The notes below the pieces were generated by a model. It ran no database searches, had not been told where the DNA came from, and worked only from the letters and a program-made list of their open reading frames with translations. A stretch of DNA of 40,691 nt. Origin: a virus. The DNA is taken from the IMG/VR virus record IMGVR_UViG_3300009285_002085; one strand, given 5' to 3'. Position numbers and translations under genes: made by a program. This document shows, one piece after another, positions 16,470-25,645 of this stretch (positions are counted from its first letter, which is position 1; every line of letters begins with the position of its first letter).

Positions 16470-18214
16470 TCAACCACCCCTTCCGCTCGATAGCGTTTAA
16501 TCCAGTTTTCCTGATCTGCACCCTTGACACCCTTTTCCGTAAGACGTTTCCGGGCCGTGGCTTCATCCATTGCGGCGGAAGGAACAGCCGGAGCAGGAGC
16601 CTGTTTCGGCGCAACATAGCTGTCACCGCCCCCAAATAATGAACCGACCGCATCCAGGACCTTCTGAAAGGTCGTTTCGGTGAGCGCCTTGCGGTTCGCT
16701 TGATAGACCTCAAAGACTTTGGGATCCGAAATCCGGAGGTTATCTTTTTCCATTTGCTGACGTAAGGTTTCCAGCATCTTCGGCTTCATGTCCTGTAACT
16801 CGCGTTTTTTTGCCGTTCCTTTGGTGGTGGAAATAAGCCTGTCCCAATCCTGTTCGGCCTGTTGAAAGAAGTTCACAGCGCCGGAATCTTTCTTGACTCC
16901 CCGGAATGTCCCCAAGGCGTCATCGAGGAAACCGCTCGTGTTGGTCAGGCCTTCCCTGATTACCGCATTGGTTACTTCCTGCTCAGTCTTGTATCCCCCT
17001 CCAAGAATCCGCTGTTTGATCTGGGCCTTGATCTTGTCTTCCAGATCAATCCGCAGTGATCTCTCTTGAGCGCTCATCAACGAGTTTTGCCGCAGATGCG
17101 AATCCAGGGCGTTCTGCAGGGCAAGAGCGGCTTGTGGGTCAACATCATCGACTGTCCGGATTGCCTTCAGTGCCCCCACGGGGTTTGTGATTGCCATATC
17201 CCGTATCACGTTCAGTTTTGCTTCCTGCCGCTCTTTCGTGTCGCGTTCTTTTTGCGCAGCAATCGCGCCGAAACTCTGGGCAATGTTCTGAGCCTGATTG
17301 ATGGTCAGCTTGTGTTCCTTCATAAACTCGGGGCGAAGAACCTCTATCTTTGCTTGATTCGGGTCGCTCCATTTCAGGGTTGCCGCCCCGTAGGCGTTCG
17401 TTTCTGCTTGCTCCTGCTGCTGTTTATCCACCTGATTCTGGGCCTTGCCAAGTAGCGATGAGTAAGTTGCCGCCGGTAAAAACTCGTTGAACTTACCCGA
17501 CTTCAATTCTTCCAGCGCCTGAGCAGCGTTGTTTCTTGCCAGCAGACCATCGAAGTGATTGAGCGTAATTGCCTGGTCGCTTTTAACGATCGCGTCTTCC
17601 GCGAGTTGGGCAGAAATAATGCCGGTAACATGCAGCGAGGTTATTTTCTCCCGGGCGGAGGTCATCGCGTCAAGAGGGTCGGCGCCCTCTCGGGCATTCA
17701 CGGTAGCAATATTTATTGCCTTGTCCGCTTCATTCCCGGCGAATGCCTTGCGAGCATTGGCCTGATAAACGGACGTATGGTCGAGAATGTGGCCAACCGC
17801 AGCGTTCCGGTACGCCTCTATGCGTAATTTCTGTTCAGGACTGGAAACATTGGCAAGATACTTCGTGTCCAGATCGGCCTGGAATTTGTCAACCGCTGCT
17901 TTTGTGAAATCTTGAAGGCCGGCCGGGTCAGTGTCGCTTTTATTGGCATCGGCGTCATAGGTCTGTTTGAACGCTCTGGTATCGGTATCGATCGCGTTCT
18001 GAGTCTTCAGCACCGCCATAGCGTCGTTTTGTTTTTTTAATTCCGCGTCCCGACGGATGATCAGATCCCCAAGATTATCAGCAACAGCCATCCCGGTTTT
18101 TCCGAGTTGCGCGATCGAGGCGCCGACTACCCCCGCACTCCCCACATCCTGCATAACATTTCCGGATTCACCGGGGATTGAAACCTGTCTCTTGTAGGTC
18201 GGTATTACTGGCAT
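16466..18214 (-). CDS. internal virion protein (T7 gp15 position)
   Basis: About 582 aa, alpha-helical and rich in Q/A/K. ATG at 18214 lies 1 nt after the upstream stop. The longer start at 18235 lacks an RBS. Confidence 0.65.
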   Translation of the reverse strand: MPVIPTYKRQVSIPGESGNVMQDVGSAGVVGASIAQLGKTGMAVADNLGDLIIRRDAELKKQNDAMAVLKTQNAIDTDTRAFKQTYDADANKSDTDPAGLQDFTKAAVDKFQADLDTKYLANVSSPEQKLRIEAYRNAAVGHILDHTSVYQANARKAFAGNEADKAINIATVNAREGADPLDAMTSAREKITSLHVTGIISAQLAEDAIVKSDQAITLNHFDGLLARNNAAQALEELKSGKFNEFLPAATYSSLLGKAQNQVDKQQQEQAETNAYGAATLKWSDPNQAKIEVLRPEFMKEHKLTINQAQNIAQSFGAIAAQKERDTKERQEAKLNVIRDMAITNPVGALKAIRTVDDVDPQAALALQNALDSHLRQNSLMSAQERSLRIDLEDKIKAQIKQRILGGGYKTEQEVTNAVIREGLTNTSGFLDDALGTFRGVKKDSGAVNFFQQAEQDWDRLISTTKGTAKKRELQDMKPKMLETLRQQMEKDNLRISDPKVFEVYQANRKALTETTFQKVLDAVGSLFGGGDSYVAPKQAPAPAVPSAAMDEATARKRLTEKGVKGADQENWIKRYRAEGVVE

Positions 18215-18215
18215 A

Positions 18216-18707
18216 TCAGTATTTCCCCGCCGCATAGTCGCTGTTTACTGTCTGAGATTTCAACTGGCCACCCTTGGCGCTTGCCGCGCCGGACAAGAGC
18301 GTGCTTCCCGCCTGAAAATAACTCGCCGTCATTGCTGTGCTGCCCTGCATTCTTGACAGATTCGCCGCGCTTCTATTCCGCGCTGCATTCACATCCCCGC
18401 CGTACCGGATCGCCAAAGCATCAAGCTCGCCTTGGGCGGCAGTGTCTTCCATCACCAAAAGCGGAGAACCGGCCATCTCAACGCCTGATTTCCCGTACAA
18501 GGCCCGTTGAGCGCTCAGCAGTTTCTTGACGCCTTCCCGGTGCATCTGTTCATCATACGCGGCCTTCTGTTGCGCTGCAATCGCGTTTTGTTCTGAAATA
18601 GCAGCATTCGTGTCAGCCGCCTTCTTCTGCTGCACCCCGGAATAAACCGTCCCGGCAGCGGCAACTGCAGCAGCGATCAGAGCATATGTTGCTGTAGCGT
18701 AAGCCAT
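18216..18707 (-). CDS. internal virion protein with an N-terminal hydrophobic helix (T7 gp14 position)
   Basis: ATG at 18707 follows AAGGAGG and forms an ATGA overlap with the GNAT stop. The N-terminus is MAYATATYALIAAAVAAAGTV. Confidence 0.6.
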   Translation of the reverse strand: MAYATATYALIAAAVAAAGTVYSGVQQKKAADTNAAISEQNAIAAQQKAAYDEQMHREGVKKLLSAQRALYGKSGVEMAGSPLLVMEDTAAQGELDALAIRYGGDVNAARNRSAANLSRMQGSTAMTASYFQAGSTLLSGAASAKGGQLKSQTVNSDYAAGKY

Positions 18708-19171
18708 CAGCAAACCTCCTTTTCATAGGCTACTTCCGCGACCGTGTAGCCAAGCCCCTCGTAAAGGGCCTTGTTTTCCCCTGCACGGAGATCGGCCAGA
18801 TGGGCAAGCCGAACGGCGGTTGCGTTCTTCATCTTCGCCCACGCCTCAAATGTGTTGATCAGAAGCCCGCCATAGCCCTTATGCCGACACTCCTTGTCCA
18901 CAAACCAGAAAACCTCTTGGGCGATCATCCGACCACTTAAGGGGTCGGGATAGCACATCCCGGAAATAATGCCGACGATAACCCCCTCTTCCTCAACGAC
19001 AAATATGCAGGCAAATCCGGAAGAAACAAACCCTTCCCAATTTGCTTTGACAGTGGCGATGTCGATATCGATCAGCGTCCGGCTGTGTTCATAGTATCCA
19101 CGAATCTTTTCAGCCAGCGCGTTCAGATCGTCGTTGTTCATCTCGCTTAGGTCAAGGGGCCTGATGTTCAC
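18707..19171 (-). CDS. GNAT-family N-acetyltransferase (copy 2)
   Basis: The core VGIISG...FWFVDKECRHKGYGGLLINTFEAWAK...LYEGLGY fits the acetyl-CoA binding pattern. The likely GTG start at 19171 overlaps the upstream stop (GTGA) with GGAGG upstream. An alternative ATG is at 19141. Confidence 0.75.
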   Translation of the reverse strand: MNIRPLDLSEMNNDDLNALAEKIRGYYEHSRTLIDIDIATVKANWEGFVSSGFACIFVVEEEGVIVGIISGMCYPDPLSGRMIAQEVFWFVDKECRHKGYGGLLINTFEAWAKMKNATAVRLAHLADLRAGENKALYEGLGYTVAEVAYEKEVC

Positions 19172-21885
19172 GTTATGCTTACCTCCGGTATGATGGCCAC
19201 CACGGTCAGCGGCATTGGTTTGTCCTGCACAATCATAATCCGCGCGTTCTTTTCCCACCTGTCATCGTATCCGATAGGCAAATCTCCCGTAAAAAGATCG
19301 TATGGCGCGCCAAGGGTAATAACCCGATCGCGGTCGACCAAAACATCAAGATTGCTCTCGTCTCTGCCCACCTTAAACGTCGCAGAGCGGTAAACCCGCA
19401 CGTTGACTTCATGTATCTTTTTCAGCCTGCCTTGCGCCGTTCCATCGCGCATAGCAGCCTCTAAACGCATGGGCTGAAGGATGCCTGTATATGCAAGCCC
19501 GGCATGCACTACCGTCGCGGCGGCGCTGAGGGTAATCTGTCCACTGGCCACAACCTTGCTTGTCTGAATGTTCCCATCGGCAAGAATTGCCACGGTTTCG
19601 CCTTCGAGGTGCGAAAGCCCGGTTATGGTGGAGGTCGAAGCGCCGTTGTAGGTAATCCCCGAGTCCACAAAGAAAGCATTCAGCCCCTTGTTTGTGATGT
19701 AATCCGCTGCGCTGTCATCGAATACGTCTTCCAGCATTTCAACATACCGGACAGTGACCCCATTGACGGTGCGTTTGATGACTGCCCAAAGTTCGTCATA
19801 ACCCGTTCCGGGAATAGTCGCCAGGCTTTCTACCTCGGCAGTTCCCATCGGATGGCGGTGCCAGCCGACAATGTCCTGCTCCCGTAGATAGGTCATCGCG
19901 ACCAGGGAGCCGTCGGTAAGAAACGCCCACAAGATCGACGCCGGTTCCTGCTGGTAGGCCATGCCTGCAATGCCGCTCTTCATAACATGTTCGGCGAGAA
20001 TTGTCAGATCGGGCGCGACGTAGCCGTTCGATTCCCATTGATAGGTAAATTCCCGAACCTTCTTGCCGGCGCGCTGCAGAAACAATGTCGATGAAGCCAC
20101 CGACTCGGGCATCAATGAGTAACAGCCAAACGCCGTCTGCTGTTTCGCAACCACGTTCAGAGGTGTAAGCGCTTGCCCGGTATCTTCGGGGCCTAAGCGC
20201 CATTCCGCGCCTGCCGTGCCGATGATCAGATATTCCCTCGGCTCAATCCACTGGATGACATTTACCTGTCGGCCGGCGAGGGTGAACTCGAATGAATCCG
20301 ACGCATCCACCCCCGGCATGAAGTTTTCATAATCGCCAACCACCGAGCCCCATATCGTTTCCGGATAGGCGCTCGACCCGGCAACGCACAGTCTTTCCTC
20401 AAAGAATGTACCGCAAGACGGATAACCATTCGTTGAATTCCAGACCTCGGCTTCCAATGTCCAGTTGACCGTTGCCGTTATCGGGTCGGGGGCGTCGGAT
20501 AACTCCTTGAGTATTTCCCCACTTACTTCAGTTGCGGACGTATAAGAGGTGATCTTTATAAACCCGCTGTAAATGCGGACATATTTGCCAACGTCAGAGC
20601 TGCGGAAAAGATCACCCGTCGCAGTGACAATCGAACTCTTGATATAATCAGGGTCTGGAGTCAGAACCGGACTTTTTGAGTCTGGATCGCTTCCGTCGCT
20701 CAGGCGGATATAGATCGTATCGTATCCGAGGGCGTCATTGTCGCCCCACGCCCACTGCGAAACCCCCAGCGTCCCCAGGGCGCCTTCTACAGATTCAACG
20801 CCGTTGATGTAGACCTTGTCGGGCTTGGTGGCAGAGTAAAACGTTGCGGTATTGACAATATAATATTCGGTAGTTCCCGACCCCGACAAAAGCCAGTTGT
20901 TGTCAGCATCAGTGGTGAGCAGGTTCGTAAAAGCCTCGGAGGCGCTGCTCGACGTGAGTGTGCAGATGCCGCCTGCAGGACTTGCGATAGAAGGCAGGAC
21001 GCTTCCATCCGGGCTTCCAAGCAGACTCCATGACTGCGACGCGATCGGCCCTACAGTGGGAAAATCGTCAATTATGTCGCACGTGACCTGTGTCGTGGAG
21101 TTGAATGAGATAATTGAGGCCCGGCCAACCCCGGAGGTAATCAGGCGATTAACATCCCCGGACTGGAACACGGCGGCGCCTGCGGTAAAAACTATGCCGC
21201 TACCAGTCGCGGCGGCAAGGGTCAGCGTCGTGGCGGGTTTTATCCCCTGTTCTTTTGTGGCAGGCGACCGGAAGTTGATTGTCGATAGCGTCCATGATGT
21301 ATGGCCGGTGCGGGAAAGTTTCCGGGGCGCATACTCGGGATGGAACAAATACAGTACATCAGCGCTCTGGCAATATTTTATCTCGGAAATATCCGCCTCA
21401 AGATATGGGGAGGGAATCTCATAGGCAAGATCGGTGGCGCCAGCTGAAACAACCCATTTTACGGCGGCAAGGTCTGTGGCAAAAGCCGCTGCCGCAGTAT
21501 GTGCAACGATACACCGATAATAACTGCCGGCATTCGTAACCAGCGCCCCCAGAGCGTACACCGTTCCCGTTACCCATGCCGCGTATGCAACCTGGATTCT
21601 CCCCTGATTGCGATAGAACCGGATGTACTGGTCGCCAAATTCGAGGATGTACGCCTGTGTCGTACTGAACTCGAAGGGCAGCAACCGGGACGCCTTGGCG
21701 TTCGTTTTCGTGCCGGCTATATAACGGAATCCCGGGCGGTAGTAAGCGGGGCCTCGGGGATCGATGACAAAATTCTCCATGCGGTAAGCTGCATTCTGGT
21801 ATTTTGCCAGATCGACACGCCCTTCGAGGCGATCACTCCATTCGCCGCCGGTAAAATTCGTCTGTATGAAATGCGCAGCGCTCAC
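19168..21885 (-). CDS. tail tubular protein B / nozzle (T7 gp12-like)
   Basis: The N-terminus NFTGGEWSDRLEGRVDLAKYQNAAYRMENFVIDPRGPAYYRPG parallels the T7 gp12 N-terminal pattern. Size is 905 aa and it sits directly after the gp11-like gene. It has a GTG start. Confidence 0.8.
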   Translation of the reverse strand: MSAAHFIQTNFTGGEWSDRLEGRVDLAKYQNAAYRMENFVIDPRGPAYYRPGFRYIAGTKTNAKASRLLPFEFSTTQAYILEFGDQYIRFYRNQGRIQVAYAAWVTGTVYALGALVTNAGSYYRCIVAHTAAAAFATDLAAVKWVVSAGATDLAYEIPSPYLEADISEIKYCQSADVLYLFHPEYAPRKLSRTGHTSWTLSTINFRSPATKEQGIKPATTLTLAAATGSGIVFTAGAAVFQSGDVNRLITSGVGRASIISFNSTTQVTCDIIDDFPTVGPIASQSWSLLGSPDGSVLPSIASPAGGICTLTSSSASEAFTNLLTTDADNNWLLSGSGTTEYYIVNTATFYSATKPDKVYINGVESVEGALGTLGVSQWAWGDNDALGYDTIYIRLSDGSDPDSKSPVLTPDPDYIKSSIVTATGDLFRSSDVGKYVRIYSGFIKITSYTSATEVSGEILKELSDAPDPITATVNWTLEAEVWNSTNGYPSCGTFFEERLCVAGSSAYPETIWGSVVGDYENFMPGVDASDSFEFTLAGRQVNVIQWIEPREYLIIGTAGAEWRLGPEDTGQALTPLNVVAKQQTAFGCYSLMPESVASSTLFLQRAGKKVREFTYQWESNGYVAPDLTILAEHVMKSGIAGMAYQQEPASILWAFLTDGSLVAMTYLREQDIVGWHRHPMGTAEVESLATIPGTGYDELWAVIKRTVNGVTVRYVEMLEDVFDDSAADYITNKGLNAFFVDSGITYNGASTSTITGLSHLEGETVAILADGNIQTSKVVASGQITLSAAATVVHAGLAYTGILQPMRLEAAMRDGTAQGRLKKIHEVNVRVYRSATFKVGRDESNLDVLVDRDRVITLGAPYDLFTGDLPIGYDDRWEKNARIMIVQDKPMPLTVVAIIPEVSIT

Positions 21886-22479
21886 CTAATGCCCCTCAGT
21901 CTGCCACGAATAGTTTCCATTATCCAATGTCTGCATGTCCTTGTGTCTCGGCGGATTCCCCTCTACCGCGTTCAGCGAATACGCATCCGGCAAGTGCTTC
22001 GTGTAAAGCTCCTGCAATAACGATTCTCGCAGTTTTGGATTATCCGCCAGCTTCCCGGCCAGCTCCGCGCCAAGCCTGGTCGCCAAACAGTTTGCAAAGG
22101 ACGGGCTGTAGCGCCCTGTTTCGGTTACGAGTTTGATGTACCGGATGTAAATTTCTTCATCCTGATTCGTCAGCAGTTCCCCGCCTTCGACAACCCACTC
22201 CGCGTCAGTCCCGTACAACTCCCAGACACGCAGGCAATCAGCAGGGATAGTGTAGGCGTAATCCCACTGAAAAACAGGGGTCGTTACCAGTTGGGCGCTG
22301 ATATCCGCCCGGGACATCGCAAAATTCCATGGGTGCGCGGCAAGAAGTTCGTCTCGCAAGATCGGGTAGAGGACGTTGCAGGCCCGGCCCTCCTTTGTGG
22401 CATCTGTCAGCGCCGTGATTGACAGATTGCCAACTTTCAGCAGGGCCAGATTGCAGATTTGAACCTCAGATATCGACAT
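21886..22479 (-). CDS. tail tubular protein A / gatekeeper-adaptor (T7 gp11-like)
   Basis: 197 aa. ICNLALLKVGNLSITALTDATKEGRACNVLYPILRDELLAAHPWNFA parallels T7 gp11 (196 aa) VNDILASIGEPPVSTLEGD...RGWTFN. Confidence 0.8.
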   Translation of the reverse strand: MSISEVQICNLALLKVGNLSITALTDATKEGRACNVLYPILRDELLAAHPWNFAMSRADISAQLVTTPVFQWDYAYTIPADCLRVWELYGTDAEWVVEGGELLTNQDEEIYIRYIKLVTETGRYSPSFANCLATRLGAELAGKLADNPKLRESLLQELYTKHLPDAYSLNAVEGNPPRHKDMQTLDNGNYSWQTEGH

Positions 22480-22488
22480 ATTTTCCCC

Positions 22489-22575
22489 CTATCCGAGCAA
22501 GCCCTTGATGGCACCCATCAGGAACAACAGCAAGACAAGCGCGGCGTAAAATAATTCGCTGCCCGGGTCTCTCAT
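22489..22575 (-). CDS. tiny hydrophobic peptide ORF (28 aa), not in the ORF track
   Basis: ATG lies 1 nt after the upstream TAA. Translation is MRDPGSELFYAALVLLLFLMGAIKGLLG. It fills an otherwise non-coding 97-nt gap. Confidence 0.3.
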   Translation of the reverse strand: MRDPGSELFYAALVLLLFLMGAIKGLLG

Positions 22576-22576
22576 C

Positions 22577-22942
22577 TTACAGCCCCCGTACCTTTTTCGC
22601 CTTTACCAGCTCGTTTTCCAGCCGGGGAAGTTTCCAGCGGCGATCATAGGCCGCGCCCATCTCATCCATCTCGGCGCGAACGGTTGCGGTTCGTAATGCC
22701 TCCTCATCGGCATCGTCAGCCCCATCGTCGTCGGAATCTATGGGCATTCCCAGCGCGGCGGCAGCGGCATCATCTTCGGGGCTGCAATGGTTCAAAAGAC
22801 CGGAAAGCCATGTTCCCCGTGTAGGATGTTTCCCTTTGGCGACTTCTGCCGCCAGATCGGCTTTGGATATCGTCAGTACGCTTCCGCTTTTTCGAACGTC
22901 ACCCATAAACTGGAACGTGTCATTCACTATGAATTGTGGCAT
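22577..22942 (-). CDS. hypothetical protein (121 aa) with an acidic central tract
   Basis: ORF in the operon. It has a D/A-rich linker and no recognised motif. Confidence 0.6.
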   Translation of the reverse strand: MPQFIVNDTFQFMGDVRKSGSVLTISKADLAAEVAKGKHPTRGTWLSGLLNHCSPEDDAAAAALGMPIDSDDDGADDADEEALRTATVRAEMDEMGAAYDRRWKLPRLENELVKAKKVRGL

Positions 22943-22987
22943 GTTATTTGACCTCCTTTTTGGTGTATGTTTTAGAAACGGTTTCGC

Positions 22988-23425
22988 TCATAATTTATCC
23001 CTTACTCTTTTTTTGTGGTAGGCAGTCCAGCCGCCAAGCACTACGCCCCAATACATAGGGTAACAAATCCGCAAGGGCTTCCCAGTTGCCTTCATCGCCT
23101 CAAGGAAAACATCGTTGGCCTGTGAATAAGTTGCCACCGGGACGCTATCAATCCGGTAAAGGTAGTCATGTATCACGGCTTCACGGTGCGCCCTGTCTCC
23201 CCAGGCCTCGTATGCAAAAGGAACGCGCGGAACGGAGGCAAAATCGGTTTCGAAGAAAGACGGCTCTCCTTCCGGGTCGGGTTCTTTTGTCTCAAACCAC
23301 GGCGGAACGACAATCAGGCGGTCAAGAAGTCTGCTCCAATACTTCAGCGGTTTGGTAACGATCCAAACGCAATCGTTGTCTGATTTAAGTTCTACGCTGA
23401 GGCTTGTAATAAATCCTGACTTCAT
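22988..23425 (-). CDS. DUF1353-like protein
   Basis: FETDFASVPRVP and HDYLY match my recollection of the DUF1353 signature. Not searched. Confidence 0.65.
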   Translation of the reverse strand: MKSGFITSLSVELKSDNDCVWIVTKPLKYWSRLLDRLIVVPPWFETKEPDPEGEPSFFETDFASVPRVPFAYEAWGDRAHREAVIHDYLYRIDSVPVATYSQANDVFLEAMKATGKPLRICYPMYWGVVLGGWTAYHKKRVRDKL

Positions 23426-23434
23426 GCCCTTACC

Positions 23435-23893
23435 TCATACCAGAAAAACATGATTCCCAATCTCTGCAACAACCTTCATCTTGTCATCCCACGTTACGCC
23501 GCCAAGGCCCGCCTTTGTCGCATACTGGCAACAATGGCTTGCCGCAATCTCGGGAGTCCGGGGAATGTTATAGCTCACCAGTCCCAGCGCGATCCCCCAG
23601 CAGCTATTCAGCGCCGCGTTGGTCGCGATCTCTTCATCCCACTGTTCGGCAATGTGCAGGAGCTTCCCGTAATTCGGGTCGTTCTCGTTGAAGCAGGAGA
23701 ACTGCCATTTCTTCAGGCAAACCTCCCGGATTGTCTTGCCGTCCCAATTTCGATGATCGACACGCTCAAGGATCACGCTTCCCACGGCAATTTGTCCCTC
23801 GACGCTTTCGCCTCGGGCCTCGCCGTAGATGGTAAGAGCCATGATCTGCGCGTCGGACAATTTCAGAAAAGACTTGTTATCGCTTACGCTCAT
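23435..23893 (-). CDS. endolysin, SleB/Hydrolase_2-type cell wall hydrolase
   Basis: IMALTIYGEARGESVEGQIAVGSVILERV is the characteristic SleB-family N-terminal motif. It is coupled (ATGA) to an upstream TM protein gene. Confidence 0.8.
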   Translation of the reverse strand: MSVSDNKSFLKLSDAQIMALTIYGEARGESVEGQIAVGSVILERVDHRNWDGKTIREVCLKKWQFSCFNENDPNYGKLLHIAEQWDEEIATNAALNSCWGIALGLVSYNIPRTPEIAASHCCQYATKAGLGGVTWDDKMKVVAEIGNHVFLV

Positions 23894-24096
23894 CCTCGTT
23901 CTCCGTGAGGGATAATGACATTCCCTGTTTTCAGCGTTTTACATGCGTCGTTCGCGCAAGAGACCTCATGATAGTGATTGTTCATCCGAGTCCAAATAGC
24001 GCCGATTTCTCCCTTAATTCCAGTGAGTATGAAGATGACGATCCCCTGCATAAACCCTACGCAAATTCCGATCACGGTGATTACAGTTGTTTCCAA
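23890..24096 (-). CDS. holin candidate (about 68 aa, single long TM segment)
   Basis: TM segment TVITVIGICVGFMQGIVIFILTGI. It lies immediately upstream of the endolysin and overlaps it. The likely TTG start at 24096 follows AAGGGG. The ATG at 24138 lies inside a strong hairpin. Confidence 0.45.
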   Translation of the reverse strand: METTVITVIGICVGFMQGIVIFILTGIKGEIGAIWTRMNNHYHEVSCANDACKTLKTGNVIIPHGERG

Positions 24097-24121
24097 TTTA
24101 TCCCCTTTCGCGCAATTTGTT

Positions 24122-24153
24122 GTACCGCCGGGAGGCAATCCTCCCGGCGGTAC
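24122..24153 (-). terminator. perfect 14-bp GC-rich hairpin (4-nt loop) downstream of the capsid/cement genes
   Basis: GTACCGCCGGGAGG caat CCTCCCGGCGGTAC. There is no clear U tract, so it may be a partial terminator or an mRNA stabiliser. Confidence 0.4.
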
Positions 24154-24163
24154 GGTTAGAGGG

Positions 24164-24622
24164 TTATGCCCTGTACGGCGTCTGGTTTTTGGTCGTTGAG
24201 CCGGGGATGATCTCCGCGTAAAAAGTGCCGGCGGAAAGCGACCAGTCCCCCGTAGTCGTGTAGAGGATATGCAGGAACTCCCTCAGCCCCCGGGGAAGCG
24301 GGACGTTAAGGATTTCATACCCGGGCACGAGCGTTGCAATCGGGATCGCATTGGCCACATCAACGCCAATACCGGTCGGCTTATAGGAGCCGCCAACCGT
24401 CGCACAGTCCTCCAGGTCAAGATAGAGGGCCGTCCCGGCAGTGGGCGCAACCCCAACTGTAATTACCAGCCGGTCGTTTCCGTTCTCCGGGCCATGCGAC
24501 AAAAGCGCAGTCCCGACGTGATCGTACATGACGCCCAGGTCGACTACGTTTGTGGATGCAACCGTTGTTGCATTCGCTGTGATGATCTGACCATCCGAAA
24601 ATACTAATTGAGAATCTCTCAT
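24164..24622 (-). CDS. capsid decoration/cement-like protein (Bbp16-like by position and size)
   Basis: 152 aa and beta-rich, directly downstream of the major capsid gene. The assignment rests on recollection of BPP-1-type head modules. Confidence 0.5.
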   Translation of the reverse strand: MRDSQLVFSDGQIITANATTVASTNVVDLGVMYDHVGTALLSHGPENGNDRLVITVGVAPTAGTALYLDLEDCATVGGSYKPTGIGVDVANAIPIATLVPGYEILNVPLPRGLREFLHILYTTTGDWSLSAGTFYAEIIPGSTTKNQTPYRA

Positions 24623-24655
24623 TATGCTTTCTCCTTTCTGTCTAAGATGGAGCCA

Positions 24656-25630
24656 TTAGGAAATGGCATCCTCCGTGTTAAGCAGAATTTCACGCGAAAT
24701 CTGACGAATAGGCGTCCCCTGGAAATACAGGGGCGGTTCTCCGGAAAGCGCGTTCCCGCCGGCGGTGAAATACACGTTCGACTTGTCCTTCATCCTGATC
24801 TGCATCTGGGTAAGGATAGTCTCGTTGACGTAGATTCGCGTTCCGGCGCCGGTGTTCATGTTGTTCAGGAGCGTGATCAGATCATCCTCGTCAAACGTGT
24901 TGTCAGCTCCGGCGCTTTCGATATTCGCCACCCGACCAATCGCCCGCGGATCGCGAACCACCAGACCGCAGCGAATAACAAAATGGTCGCGGTAGACCTC
25001 CATCAGACCCGTGGACAGTTCAGAAGTGATCTGCCCTTTATCCTCATGCTGAACCCCCAGCGTTGCAGCCATGTTCTTCGGGTAGATCAGAAAGGCGCTC
25101 GTCTGCCCCCAGGTGACAACGTAGGCGCTGGTTACATCAGAGCCTGTGCCGCCGCCCCCGATGACAAACCGGGCATCGAGCGTACCCAGACGAGGGGCCA
25201 GCCCGTGCATGGAATCGGGGTTTGTGTTGGCGTTGCCGTAAAGAATATCCGACGCGATGGTTTGCCCCAGACCCTCAATGAACGCATCTACCTCGCCTGC
25301 GCGGAAGAGCGCCGGGGAAGGCATGGAATCGACCAGGGCTGCATCGACATCGCAGTAGTCTTCCAACTGCTCGATGACATCCATGATCTCCGTGGTGCGA
25401 GACACGGACTGAGTTACCCGCGCGTTCAGCTTGCGGCGTGATCCGGTCGGCAGAGAGCCCCGGCGCGTGGTCTTGTTTGTCCACACATCGTTAGAGGGCA
25501 TCCAAGGCGCTTCCTGAAGAATGCTGCCCATCTTCCGGTTCAATACTTCCGCAATCAAAGCCTGATTGCCGGAAGGGTCGATTCGTTTTGCCTGCTCGAC
25601 CATGCTGTATGTGCTTGTTAAAGTTGCCAT
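24656..25630 (-). CDS. major capsid protein
   Basis: 324 aa and follows the scaffold gene in the portal-scaffold-capsid order. The composition is typical of capsid proteins. Confidence 0.85.
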   Translation of the reverse strand: MATLTSTYSMVEQAKRIDPSGNQALIAEVLNRKMGSILQEAPWMPSNDVWTNKTTRRGSLPTGSRRKLNARVTQSVSRTTEIMDVIEQLEDYCDVDAALVDSMPSPALFRAGEVDAFIEGLGQTIASDILYGNANTNPDSMHGLAPRLGTLDARFVIGGGGTGSDVTSAYVVTWGQTSAFLIYPKNMAATLGVQHEDKGQITSELSTGLMEVYRDHFVIRCGLVVRDPRAIGRVANIESAGADNTFDEDDLITLLNNMNTGAGTRIYVNETILTQMQIRMKDKSNVYFTAGGNALSGEPPLYFQGTPIRQISREILLNTEDAIS

Positions 25631-25645
25631 TTGTTCGGCCTCCTT

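Noticed and set aside
24608-25441. A 277-aa plus-strand ORF antisense to the major capsid gene, and similar plus-strand ORFs such as 5413..6021, 20897..21424, 21499..22020, 31634..32275, 13197..13604 and 13677..14150
   Set aside because: All lie entirely inside well-supported minus-strand genes. They lack RBSs and have R/P/G/L-rich shadow-frame compositions.
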